Counted from the first letter of the stretch, positions 9,329-18,681 are shown. The stretch: 64,000 nt of DNA from Gemmatimonas sp. (GCA_031414535.1 JANNVQ010000008.1:24106-88105), one strand, 5' to 3'. A program made the numbers and translations. Notes: generated by a model not told the origin, from the letters alone.

Positions 9329-9910
9329 ATGTCCCGTACGATCACCCGTTTCTTTGCTGGCTTCGCGCTGGTGGCTGCGGCCGCCACGGTGTCAGAGGCA
9401 CAGCTCACGTGCACGCGCATCGCTGGCGTCAACGGCGCTGGCTGCCCGATTGCGGTGAATGCCAACCTCGTCATTCCGAACATCGCGTTCTTGCAGGTCG
9501 CGTCCGGTACCCTGTCGCTCGACGTCATTGCTGACTGGAGCGCGTTCTTCACGGCCGCCGTGGTGGACTCGACGTACACCGCGCTTCCGCTCACCATCCG
9601 CTCCAATGTTGGCAACGTTGCCATCAACGTGACCGCCTCGGCGCTCACCGGCACCGCGACCGCAGTGGCCGGCAACACCCGCGCAATTGCGGATTACGGC
9701 TTCAAGGTGTTGGCGGCCGGCTCGTGCACCGCTGACGGCTACACCGTGTTCAGCGGCGCCGCTCAGGCGCTCAGCAGCATCCCGACTGGTCCACTGAACG
9801 CGCCGACGCTCTCGCTCTGCGTCGCCTCGGTCTTCGATCCTTCGGACCTCACCAAGTTGCGCGCCGGCACGTACACCTTGCCGCTCGCGCTTACGCTCAC
9901 CGCGCCGTAA
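9329..9910 (+). CDS. Secreted pilin-like subunit, putative major subunit
   Basis: Strong RBS (AGGAGAG), signal peptide ending SEA-Q, Cys pairs, beta-rich, C-terminus AGTYTLPLALTLTAP. Confidence 0.7.
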   Translation: MSRTITRFFAGFALVAAAATVSEAQLTCTRIAGVNGAGCPIAVNANLVIPNIAFLQVASGTLSLDVIADWSAFFTAAVVDSTYTALPLTIRSNVGNVAINVTASALTGTATAVAGNTRAIADYGFKVLAAGSCTADGYTVFSGAAQALSSIPTGPLNAPTLSLCVASVFDPSDLTKLRAGTYTLPLALTLTAP

Positions 9911-9934
9911 TTAGACGCAAGGGTAACGGGGACG

Positions 9935-10795
9935 ATGTCGATGCAGCAGTGCTTCGGCTCGTGGCGAGTAGTTCGTCGGTCGCTTTGCCTTTTGGCAGCG
10001 ACCGCCGGGCTGCTCGCGCTCCCGGCCTCCTCGGCACGGGCGCAGATCGCCGTGGACGAGTTGGAAACGCACCTCAAGCTTGGGCGTGATTCACTCGCCC
10101 GTGCTATCGCAATCCGGAACGAGAGCGATTCGGTGCAGCAGGTTCGCGTCACCGTGAAGGATTGGTTCCGCGATTCCTCGGGCACCAATGTATTTGTTGA
10201 CTTGGGTACGCATCCCTCGAGTTGTGCCGATCGTCTCCAGGTGTTTCCGCTGACCTTGCAGCTACCCCCTCGCGCGACCGAGTTCGTGCGCCTCAACTAC
10301 ACGAGCAAGGGGCAGGCCGACGAAGGGTGTTGGAGCATTGTGCTCATTGAGCCGGTGCGCCCGCCCATCACCATCGCTGGCGCTCAAGCCACGGCTGAAC
10401 TCACCATTCTCAATGGCGTGAAGGTCTATGTGCACCGCGCCGAAGAAATGGCGAGTGCTGAGGTTGTCTACGCGGACGTCGAGGTGTACTTCGAGCCCGT
10501 GCAGCAAGGGAACCCGCAGAGTGACTCGATTCGCGTCCGCGATGTCGCGGTGCGCCTCGAGAACACCGGCACCTCGCACCTCATCGTCAGCTCGGTCGTG
10601 GAGATTCGCGACGAGACGACGCAGCTGATTCGCCGCATCGAAGGCCCCACCGGCTACATCACACCCGCGGCGTTCCGCGACTTTCTCGTGCGCGTTCCCC
10701 AGGACCTGCCGCGCGGGCGCTACGCCGCCATCATCCTGCTCGACTTCGGCGCCGATGAGGTTCAAGCGGCGCAGGTCGAATTCGAGATCCCGTGA
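9935..10795 (+). CDS. Periplasmic fimbrial chaperone-like protein (PapD-like)
   Basis: Signal peptide; 'VFPLTLQLPPRATEFVRL' and 'RLENTGTSH' resemble motifs of two-Ig-domain pilus chaperones. Confidence 0.65.
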   Translation: MSMQQCFGSWRVVRRSLCLLAATAGLLALPASSARAQIAVDELETHLKLGRDSLARAIAIRNESDSVQQVRVTVKDWFRDSSGTNVFVDLGTHPSSCADRLQVFPLTLQLPPRATEFVRLNYTSKGQADEGCWSIVLIEPVRPPITIAGAQATAELTILNGVKVYVHRAEEMASAEVVYADVEVYFEPVQQGNPQSDSIRVRDVAVRLENTGTSHLIVSSVVEIRDETTQLIRRIEGPTGYITPAAFRDFLVRVPQDLPRGRYAAIILLDFGADEVQAAQVEFEIP

Positions 10796-11292
10796 CCGCC
10801 CGCGCAATGAGTCTCTGCGGGCGCGGATTCATTATCGCGGTCGCCATCCTGTGGACTAGCTCCGCGGCCGAGGCGCAGGGCCGCCGGACCGTTCTGTCGG
10901 TCACCGGTCTGCCGCTCTCGCTGACGACCACCTCGACGACGGATTTCGACGCCGGCAGCGCCACCGTCGGCACCGTGAATTTTTCCGTCGAACTGACGAC
11001 CAACAGCGGCGGTGGCTTCTCGCCTCGCGTCACTGCGGTGCAAGTGCGCTGCGGCGCGATTTGCACCGGCGCCTTCGATCGCCTGCAGTGGCGCCGCAAT
11101 GACCTCGCGGTATGGAACACGCTGAGCACGACCTTTGCGACGATCGAGACGCGCACGGCGACGTTTGGCGGGACGAACGACCCCTGGAGCAACTCGATCA
11201 TCTTCCGCCACCTGCTCGACTACGTCACTGATGCGCCGAGCGGCCCAACGGCGTACACGTTGGAGTTCCAGCTCGTGGTCACCGCGCCCTGA
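10792..11292 (+). CDS. Secreted pilin-like minor subunit
   Basis: Signal peptide ending AEA-Q, Thr/Ser-rich beta protein, C-terminus AYTLEFQLVVTAP. Confidence 0.6.
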   Translation: MTARAMSLCGRGFIIAVAILWTSSAAEAQGRRTVLSVTGLPLSLTTTSTTDFDAGSATVGTVNFSVELTTNSGGGFSPRVTAVQVRCGAICTGAFDRLQWRRNDLAVWNTLSTTFATIETRTATFGGTNDPWSNSIIFRHLLDYVTDAPSGPTAYTLEFQLVVTAP

Positions 11293-14096
11293 TGCGGCTC
11301 CGCCGCGCACTTCTTGCGTTTGCGCTCGTCGGCGCGAGTTCGCTGCCGGCGACTGCGCACGCGCACGCGCGTCCCGATGCTGCGGCCGCGGTGCGCCGCT
11401 TGCCGCCGGTGTCCATCGCCGGCGCGCCGCGTTCGCTCGTGACCTTCTCCGTCGCGCTGCCCGCTGAGCTCGAAGACGCGGGAGTGGTGCAGTTCTCCGT
11501 TGAGATGCGCGGCAGCACTGAAGTGCTGGGTCGCCTCGATGGCGAAGTCGGCGGTGTCGGACGCCGTCAGGTGCTGCTGACTCTGCGCGTCCCATCGGAT
11601 GCGCGCGTCGGCCTGCTCGATGTCGCGGATGTGTTGTTTCGCACAGCCGACGGCCGAAACGTAATCGTACCGATCATCCTGCGCGTGCCTTCCGTACGCG
11701 TGATTCGCGTCATCGCGCCGCCGATGTTTCAGCAATTGCGTCAAGGCGACCGCCTTGAAGTCACCTACCGTGTGCAGAATCTCGGCAACGCGGTGGAGCG
11801 CGTGAAGGTAATCGTCGATCCGCCCTCGGGCTGGGTGCTTCGCTCTTCCCGCAGCACGACAATTTCCGTTGAGCCGTTCACCACGCAGGACGTGACCTTC
11901 CGCGTCGCGATTCCCGCGATTGCCGATGGTGGCGAGTACCTCGTGGGGACCACCGCGCTCCGTGCAGGCGAGGGAGATAGCACGGTGCTTGCCACGGCAT
12001 CGGCGCGTTTGCAGGTCGAGCCGCGCGAACTGACGGGTCCCGGCCTCGAACTGCGCCCCTTCATCGCGGCGGCCGCGACGCGTGGCGCCCAAGGCGTCGC
12101 GACCGGCTTCTCCATGTCGGGCCCGATTGCCGATAGCACTTCGCTCTTTCTCACGGTGATGCCCATCTCCACGCAGAACGGTGGTGCGGGACTTGGTCTC
12201 GCCGGTATCGGCGCGGCGGGCGTGCCGGTGCAGGCGTCCATCACGGGGCGCGGATGGAACACCAACCTCGGCACGACCTCCGCGAGCATCAGTGATCTCA
12301 CGGGACTTTATGTGGTAGGCGTCGGTGCTCAGGCTTCGTACAACCGCGATGGCCGCGAGGCTCGCTTGCTGGTGTCGAAGCCTTTCGGCGCAGACGACCG
12401 CGGCGGCAGTCACCTCGCCGGCGGTTACTGGATGCGCACCGCGTACGGCAAGGTGGGCGGATCCATTTCTAGCCTCCGCGAGACGGATATGGGCCGTACG
12501 CTTCGTGATCTCACCGCCGTCGGCGTCGACTGGCAGTCCAACGAGTGGAAGTCCTGGGTGTTTGATGCCGGTGTCGCCGCACGGTCGGCCTTCGGTGAGT
12601 CCGGCTTGGGCGTGCGCGGTCAGGTCATGCGCGAGACCGAGAGGGATTTCGTTCGGGTGCGCTACGCGCATGCGCCGGGCGGCGGCCGCGCGTTCGCGAA
12701 TGGCACCAACAACATCGAAGCCGAAGCGAGCCGCGACCTCACGGACCGCCTGAGCCTGAACGGCAATCTGTTCGCAACGCAGGACGAGAGCCCTGCCATC
12801 GGCGACAATCGCAATTTTTCGGCCTCGCTCGCGCAGCAGTTCCGCCTGAACGACGTGACCTTGCTGCGGGCCCAAGTCCAGTCCTTCTCGTTCAGCACGC
12901 GCCCACCGGGCGCCTTGCTGGGTGCGTTTGGTTCATCGCAAACGACGTTCGGCGTCGGAGCGGGGTATCCGCTGCGCAACTGGACCATGACCTCCGACGC
13001 GCGCATTGGCGTTCTGTCCCGCGAAGCCGAACTCTTCAGCGGCGCGGTGGACAAGCAGAGCGTCTTGCAGCAGGAACTCGAGGTTAGTGGTTCTCGCGGC
13101 GTGCTCGGCGTGGCCCAGCTCTCCATCGGCGGCACGCTCTCGCTGACGGGCGCGGGTCTGGGTATTCCGCAGCAGTCGCGCAACGGATTTGTCTCGCTGG
13201 GTGGCATACGGGTGCCAATGGGCGCCGAACGCTCCATCGCGCTCTTTGGGCGCGTGGGCTATTCGTCGAGCGAATTGCAGACCTCGCTCATCTCGTCCTT
13301 GGTGTCGGCCAGCACGAGGCTCCCCGGCGGCTTCGACCTTATCGCGACGGTCGAGCGCAATCCGTTCTTCCGGGATCGCGAGGGCCGCCCGCAGGTGATT
13401 GCGGCACTGCGCCTGAGCACCTCCACCACCGTGTTCGTGCCGCAACGCCTGCAGCGTGTGGCCGGCGTGGTGTTTGAAGACATGAATGGCAACGGCAAGC
13501 GCGACGAAGGCGAGCGCGGCGTGCCTGGCGTGGTGTTGCGCCAAGCTGGCATCCGTCTCGTGACGGAAGCGGACGGCGTGTACCGGGTGCCCGCCAATGT
13601 GCGCGGTCGCCTCAGTGTGGACCCGCTTGGATTGCCCAGCGGCTTCGTGGCAAGCCCCCGCGCCACCCAGAACCTCGCCGAGATCCGAGACATTCCTCTC
13701 GTGCAGACGGGAACGCTTCGCGTGAGCCTGGCGCTCGCTGCGGATGCCGATGGGCGCGTGCCGGATGTGGTGCTCTCGCGCACGAGCGTGTGGCTGGTGG
13801 ATGCCGAAGGCTTGGAGTGGGTTGGCCGCGTTGGTGACGACAACGTGGTGCACTTTGAGAATGTGCCGACGGGTCGCTATGGCTTCCGCTTCGATTTCTC
13901 GAGGCTCAGCGAGCCCCTGCGTCCCGAGGAAGGCGTCCTGGTCGAGGTTGCTCCACGTACCGTGCGCGAGGTTACGGTGACCCTCAGGGGCCGCAACGTG
14001 CGCCTGATTGCGCCGCCCAATCGCAATGAAGGTGGGCGCGGGAATGGTCGTGGTGGGGCTGGTGGACGCGGTGGTCTGGGCGGGGTAAGCGAGTGA
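11292..14096 (+). CDS. Large exported protein, putative usher-like outer-membrane assembly protein
   Basis: Signal peptide; N-terminal Ig-like (NEW3/CARDB-like) domains (VQNLGNAVE...PPSGW); long amphipathic beta-strand region; SdrD-B-like motif VFEDMNGNGKRDEGERGVPGV; Gly/Arg-rich tail. Confidence 0.6.
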   Translation: MRLRRALLAFALVGASSLPATAHAHARPDAAAAVRRLPPVSIAGAPRSLVTFSVALPAELEDAGVVQFSVEMRGSTEVLGRLDGEVGGVGRRQVLLTLRVPSDARVGLLDVADVLFRTADGRNVIVPIILRVPSVRVIRVIAPPMFQQLRQGDRLEVTYRVQNLGNAVERVKVIVDPPSGWVLRSSRSTTISVEPFTTQDVTFRVAIPAIADGGEYLVGTTALRAGEGDSTVLATASARLQVEPRELTGPGLELRPFIAAAATRGAQGVATGFSMSGPIADSTSLFLTVMPISTQNGGAGLGLAGIGAAGVPVQASITGRGWNTNLGTTSASISDLTGLYVVGVGAQASYNRDGREARLLVSKPFGADDRGGSHLAGGYWMRTAYGKVGGSISSLRETDMGRTLRDLTAVGVDWQSNEWKSWVFDAGVAARSAFGESGLGVRGQVMRETERDFVRVRYAHAPGGGRAFANGTNNIEAEASRDLTDRLSLNGNLFATQDESPAIGDNRNFSASLAQQFRLNDVTLLRAQVQSFSFSTRPPGALLGAFGSSQTTFGVGAGYPLRNWTMTSDARIGVLSREAELFSGAVDKQSVLQQELEVSGSRGVLGVAQLSIGGTLSLTGAGLGIPQQSRNGFVSLGGIRVPMGAERSIALFGRVGYSSSELQTSLISSLVSASTRLPGGFDLIATVERNPFFRDREGRPQVIAALRLSTSTTVFVPQRLQRVAGVVFEDMNGNGKRDEGERGVPGVVLRQAGIRLVTEADGVYRVPANVRGRLSVDPLGLPSGFVASPRATQNLAEIRDIPLVQTGTLRVSLALAADADGRVPDVVLSRTSVWLVDAEGLEWVGRVGDDNVVHFENVPTGRYGFRFDFSRLSEPLRPEEGVLVEVAPRTVREVTVTLRGRNVRLIAPPNRNEGGRGNGRGGAGGRGGLGGVSE

Positions 14097-14512
14097 TACC
14101 TGCGCCTAGACGGTTCGCTGGAGCCGTGTGCTCGGTCCTCTTGCTTGGCGCCTGCGAGCTTGGCTCCCCTGACCGCGATGCCGCCAACGTGCGAGGCACC
14201 TGGGCGTTCACGGGCAGCCAAACGGCGCCTGACATAGACCTCGACGGTACCTTCGTGATCTCGACGCAAGACGGCCAGTCTATCGCGGGCACGGCCACTT
14301 GGGAGGAGACCGGAGTGGGGGGCATCGTGATTGTCGGTGGCGCCTTGGCGGGCCGTGCGATTGGACAGGTGGACGTGGATTTTGACGTGACGCTGGCCGC
14401 CGGTACGCGGCGCTTCGTGGCGCGGCTTGCGGCCGATACTATGTCCGGGGCCTGGGTGCAGGTGTCCAACAGCACCAACGGAACCTTTCGCGCGGTACGG
14501 TCCACTCCATGA
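14093..14512 (+). CDS. Small beta-rich lipoprotein of unknown function
   Basis: Lipobox LLLGAC; overlaps both neighbours by 4 bp. Confidence 0.7.
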   Translation: MIPAPRRFAGAVCSVLLLGACELGSPDRDAANVRGTWAFTGSQTAPDIDLDGTFVISTQDGQSIAGTATWEETGVGGIVIVGGALAGRAIGQVDVDFDVTLAAGTRRFVARLAADTMSGAWVQVSNSTNGTFRAVRSTP

Positions 14513-15057
14513 CTTTCCGACACTCATTCTGGTTGGCTGCGACTGCGGTCGCGCTGTGCTGCCTCCCCGCTCGCCGAATTGGGGCCCAGCTCAGTTGCAC
14601 GGTCAACGGCGTGGCTACCTGCCTCGTGGGCGGGACGGCTAGCGCGGCGCTCAACATCACCATCCAGCAGGCCACGCGCGTCACCGTGGCCTCCAGCACG
14701 GTCACGATTCCCCAGCCCACGGACGCCTCCTACACGGCGGGCTTCGGTTCCCCAGGCACGGTAGCCTTCGAGGTTCGGTCCAACGCTGCTTGGCGTGTCT
14801 CGATCTCGTCCAGCTCTACGACGTGGTCATTTAGCCCGCCCACCGCGCGTACGGACAAGCCTCGGGCCGACCTCCAGTGGGCACTCGCACCCGCGGGTCC
14901 TTACACGGATTTAAGCGCGGCCATTACGTCCATCTTGACGGGAACGGCGACGAACTCGACCATCCAGACACTCTACTTGCGGTCCAAGTATGACTGGACG
15001 CTCGACCGGCCGGGTACGTACTCAATCCCCGTGCAAGTGACGCTTACGGCCCCATAG
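14509..15057 (+). CDS. Secreted pilin-like minor subunit
   Basis: Signal peptide ending IGA-Q; QLSCTVNGVATC resembles the first subunit's QLTCT...VNGAGC; C-terminus PGTYSIPVQVTLTAP. Confidence 0.7.
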   Translation: MTFRHSFWLAATAVALCCLPARRIGAQLSCTVNGVATCLVGGTASAALNITIQQATRVTVASSTVTIPQPTDASYTAGFGSPGTVAFEVRSNAAWRVSISSSSTTWSFSPPTARTDKPRADLQWALAPAGPYTDLSAAITSILTGTATNSTIQTLYLRSKYDWTLDRPGTYSIPVQVTLTAP

Positions 15058-15714
15058 GGTCGGCCGTCAACTCCGCGGAGTTGCGCGGGATCTCGCCCTT
15101 GAGAATCTGGGGCCGCTGTCCAAACCTGAATGCACTCAGCCGACATTGATGCCATTAAGGCGGATATTGTCCGATGGCTATCTTGTGCTTTCGCCCGGAC
15201 AGGGTAGGGCCCCATGGCCCCTCCCGAGTCGCGGCGAAAAGCGAAGAGCATCCCACAACACTTGCACGCATACCGAGGCGTCAGATGCAGACGGCTGCTG
15301 GCTATATATTGGCCTCGTTCTGCAGACTACCCACAACAATCGCGAGAAATGTGGAAAAAGCAGCGAAACGGACGAAGTGTATTACATTTTAAATTATATC
15401 AAACATCTTAAAGTCTTATAAAATGGGAATTTATAAGCAATATATAAAGCAAAACCTAAATTGCATAACATGTCAATTCTATGCATCGGCGGATGCATAC
15501 TCTTAGGTGGCGGTATTTGGAAGTCGGCATAATCACAATTCTCATAATCCACAGGCGGGCCGCTTCGGGATCCACACAGTGCCGTCAATCCCCCGGGAGG
15601 CACCCCGCGTCAGTGCTGGCAACCAGGATTCCTCAGGATTCGGCGTTCCGCTCGCACCGCTGCCGCTTCAGTATCAAGAAGACGCGCAAATCCAACTTCT
15701 GTCAAAATGTCGCG

Positions 15715-16734
15715 CTAAGAGCCATCGCGCTTGGAGGCCTGAAAAGCCATCGCCCGCAGGCGCGACACCCGGATGGCCATCGGCGGGTGCGTCGCAAAAA
15801 TGTCCGACCAGCGCCCCTGTCGCTCGTTCGCGATCCGCCCGGTTGGGTCCACGATGCACAGGTGGGCGACCCCATTCGAGATCGAGGTGGTGGGCGCGTG
15901 GTGGGACTCGATCTTGGCGAGGGCGTCGGCCAAAGCAGCCGGGTTCCTCGTGAACTGGGCGGCCATGGCGTCCGCCAAATATTCCCGCCCTCGGCTCACC
16001 GCCATCGCCATCAGCCGGATGATGACGGGCGCTAAAATCCAGGACAGAACCCAGACAACCAGGACAATGACCACAAGCGGGTTGCCGCCCTTTCCCTCCC
16101 GCCGGGATCCCCCGCGGCGGTGGAACGTGGTGCGAATCATCAGGTCCCTGACCAGCAAAATGGCTCCGCCGAGCCCCGCGATAATGGTCATCAGGCGGGT
16201 GTCTTCGTTCTTCACATGACCCATTTCGTGGGCCACGACGGCCTGTAATTCGTCGCGGTTGAGGACTTCAAGGAGGCCCGTGGTCACCGCCAAATGGGCC
16301 TCGCCCGGCTTGGTGCCGGTCACGAAGGCGTTGGGGTCCGCCTCGGGCACCACATACACGGTGGGCATGGGCAGGCCCGCCGCAATGCTCATCTCCTCCA
16401 CCACGTTCAGGAGTTGGCGCTCCTGATCCGTCTGCGGATTGATCAGGGGCTCCGCCCCCACCTGCTTCACCACACGTCGCCCGCCGTTGCGCAGGACGTC
16501 CATCGTCAAGAAAAAAGCCGCGAGCCCCAGCACGGTCCCGCCCCAAGGAAAGCTGTGCCGGTACACAGCCTCCCCAGCGGGAGCGACCATGTCCTTGGTG
16601 GCCAGCCAGAGCGCGAGGTCGCCTCCTAAGCCCAGCCACAGGAAAAACAGGAGAAAGCCCGCCACCAACCACCAAGTTTTGCGGCGGTTAGCAGCTTGCT
16701 GTTCAAACAGGTTGAGCGTGGGTTTTGAAGTCAT
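15715..16734 (-). CDS. htpX: M48 family zinc metalloprotease (HtpX-like)
   Basis: PNAF, HEMGH, SRGREYLADA, ATHPP motifs; TM helices; directly downstream of lemA. ATG at 16734. Confidence 0.9.
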   Translation of the reverse strand: MTSKPTLNLFEQQAANRRKTWWLVAGFLLFFLWLGLGGDLALWLATKDMVAPAGEAVYRHSFPWGGTVLGLAAFFLTMDVLRNGGRRVVKQVGAEPLINPQTDQERQLLNVVEEMSIAAGLPMPTVYVVPEADPNAFVTGTKPGEAHLAVTTGLLEVLNRDELQAVVAHEMGHVKNEDTRLMTIIAGLGGAILLVRDLMIRTTFHRRGGSRREGKGGNPLVVIVLVVWVLSWILAPVIIRLMAMAVSRGREYLADAMAAQFTRNPAALADALAKIESHHAPTTSISNGVAHLCIVDPTGRIANERQGRWSDIFATHPPMAIRVSRLRAMAFQASKRDGS

Positions 16735-16740
16735 AGTCGG

Positions 16741-16785
16741 GACGGATGACGGATGACGGACGCGGTGCGCATCCGTCATCCGTCC
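16741..16785. repeat. Heptamer-based hairpin element (GACGGAT)n / (ATCCGTC)n, intergenic copy
   Basis: GACGGATGACGGATGACGGA - 11 nt - TCCGTCATCCGTCC. Same left arm as the two copies inside ileS. Confidence 0.9.
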
Positions 16786-16794
16786 AGTCCGCTG

Positions 16795-17370
16795 CTACGC
16801 TCCTCGCCGAAATTCCACTTTCGGCACCGCCCGCTCCGCCGCGTCCTCAATCTCCCAAAGCTCAGCGATCGACGCCCCCGCCATTCCCGCCACGAGATTG
16901 GTGGGGAACTGCTGCTGCTTGGTGTTGTAAAGGGTGGCCGTGTCGTTGTAGAGCTGGCGTGCGAAGCCCACCTTGTTCTCGGTGGACGAGAGCTCTTCCT
17001 GCAGACTCTTCACGTTGGCCGTGGCCTTGAGGTCCGGGTACGCCTCGACGACCGCCATGAACTTGCCAAGTGCGCCCGTGAGCTGTGTCTCGGCGGCGGC
17101 CACCTGCTTCACGTGCTGCGGGTCAAACCCGGCCGAGGCCTGAATGGCGCTGTTGCGCGCGGCAATCACGGCCTGCAGGGTGTCCTTTTCGAAATCCATC
17201 GCCGCCTGAACGGAGCTGATCAGGTTCGGGATGAGGTCGTGACGGCGCTTGAGCTGCACATCAATCTGCTTGAGCGCGTTGGCGGCCTGGTTCCGTAGGG
17301 CGATGAGCCCGTTGTACGCGGACATGAGCCATACGCCGACGACGACCAGGATGATGGCGGGAACAATCAC
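16795..17370 (-). CDS. lemA: LemA family protein
   Basis: YNGL...IDVQLKRRHDLIPNL, EAYPDLKA, ENKVGFARQLYN. GTG start with GGAG RBS. Confidence 0.95.
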   Translation of the reverse strand: MIVPAIILVVVGVWLMSAYNGLIALRNQAANALKQIDVQLKRRHDLIPNLISSVQAAMDFEKDTLQAVIAARNSAIQASAGFDPQHVKQVAAAETQLTGALGKFMAVVEAYPDLKATANVKSLQEELSSTENKVGFARQLYNDTATLYNTKQQQFPTNLVAGMAGASIAELWEIEDAAERAVPKVEFRRGA

Positions 17371-17463
17371 TGCATTCTCCGGATGGGGGACAGTGAAAAG
17401 GTACGGGGGGCGACGCCAATCGGCATCGCCCCCCATTCACTACGCCCAAGTGGGGCGTCCGTG

Positions 17464-17640
17464 TCAGTTTCCGGCCTTCTTTTTGGCCAAGTGGTCCTGC
17501 ACCCAAGTGACCGGGACGAGGAACAGCGGAGTGAGGAAGAAGCCGAGTAGGATGTTAATCCACGTCAGGCCCAAGTAGTACGCGCCCATTCCGAGTCCAG
17601 CCCAGAGGGTGCCAAGGGGTCCGCCAAATGCCTGTTCCAC
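17464..17640 (-). CDS. Putative small membrane protein (58 aa)
   Basis: GTG at 17640 with GGAG 7 nt upstream; MEQAFGGPLGTLWAGLGMGAYYLGLTWINILLGFFLTPLFLVPVTWVQDHLAKKKAGN is hydrophobic with a basic tail. Confidence 0.45.
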   Translation of the reverse strand: MEQAFGGPLGTLWAGLGMGAYYLGLTWINILLGFFLTPLFLVPVTWVQDHLAKKKAGN

Positions 17641-17700
17641 GTCGTCGCTCCGAAAATCAGAAACGGGGTGAAGACCATCGTCGGCGAGTATGTTAGCAAG

Positions 17701-18681
17701 GTGCCGACGCAAAGTGAAGCGGTAGAACAAGTTCAGGGTTCCATCGGGCGCCTGCCTGCGGGGCGGTGGTTGCTGGCGGTGAGCGGGGGGCGCGACTCTA
17801 TGGTATTGCTCGAGGCATTCGCGAGCGTACGCCCACGCGAGATTGCCGCGGTGGGGACCTTCAATCACGGCACGGGGGCCGCAGCGACGAAGGCGGCCAA
17901 ACTGGTTGAGCGCCGCGCACTCCAGCTGGCGCTCCCGGTAGTGTCCGGCAGTCTGCCTCCAGGCACAGCCAACGATGAGGCGGCTTGGCGTGCAGCGCGC
18001 TGGAAGTTTCTGCGCGGCTGGGCCGCCGAGTTGAATGCGCAGGTAGTGACGGCGCATACCTGGAACGATCAAGTGGAGACGGTGCTGCTGCGTCTGCTGC
18101 GGGACGCGGGTGCGCGCGGTCTCGCGGGGATGCTCGCGGATGTGCACCCGAGCGCGGCGCCGGTCGTCGTGCGGCCATTCCTTGGGCTCGAGCGCGCGAG
18201 CATCGAGGGCTACGCCAGCGGTGGGCGCGTGAAGTTCATCGAGGACCCGAGCAATCAATCGCTCGAGTTCGCGCGCAACCGCGTCCGGCACGAAATCCTC
18301 CCGGCGCTGGAGCGGGCCTCACCGGGGTTCGCCGCGTGGAGCTACGCGCTCTCGCGGCGCGCGGCGGGCCTGCGACGCGACCTCGCGGATTGGGTGGATG
18401 CGGTGCTCACGCCAAGCGTGTCCGGTGGGGGTGATGTGTCCCTTGGCCGCCAGCGGAGTGTTGGCGTGCGCGCCGAACCGCTCGCCGCGCTTGATCCGCC
18501 GGCTGCGAGCGTCGTCTGGCCGGAGGTCGCGTCCCGCGTGGGGATCGTCATGGACCGCCGCGGAATCGCTCGCGTGACGGAGTGGGCGCCTGGTTCCCTC
18601 GCCGGCAGTCGGATCCAGCTTTCCGGTGGCGCAGAAATTCTTCGCACCCACAGCGCATTTGTACTGCGTCTCTTATATTGA
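17701..18681 (+). CDS. tilS: tRNA(Ile)-lysidine synthetase (short form)
   Basis: AVSGGRDS PP-loop, TAHTWNDQVET, EDPSN...RNRVR; tilS-hpt-ftsH synteny. Start uncertain (17668 or 17701). Confidence 0.92.
   Translation: MPTQSEAVEQVQGSIGRLPAGRWLLAVSGGRDSMVLLEAFASVRPREIAAVGTFNHGTGAAATKAAKLVERRALQLALPVVSGSLPPGTANDEAAWRAARWKFLRGWAAELNAQVVTAHTWNDQVETVLLRLLRDAGARGLAGMLADVHPSAAPVVVRPFLGLERASIEGYASGGRVKFIEDPSNQSLEFARNRVRHEILPALERASPGFAAWSYALSRRAAGLRRDLADWVDAVLTPSVSGGGDVSLGRQRSVGVRAEPLAALDPPAASVVWPEVASRVGIVMDRRGIARVTEWAPGSLAGSRIQLSGGAEILRTHSAFVLRLLY

Noticed and set aside
9329..15057. Type IV/Tad pili, curli or Firmicute WxL system
   Set aside because: No class III prepilin motif or assembly ATPase, no curlin repeats, and the terminal strand lacks W-x-L; a chaperone plus barrel-like protein fits chaperone-usher better.
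15459..15487. dif (XerCD) site in the AT-rich patch
   Set aside because: Only a GCATAA half-match; no TTATGTTAAAT-like arm at 6-bp spacing.
17464..17678. Frameshifted 71-aa membrane-protein pseudogene starting at ATG 17678
   Set aside because: It needs an assumed 1-bp deletion; an intact ORF from GTG 17640 with an RBS is simpler.
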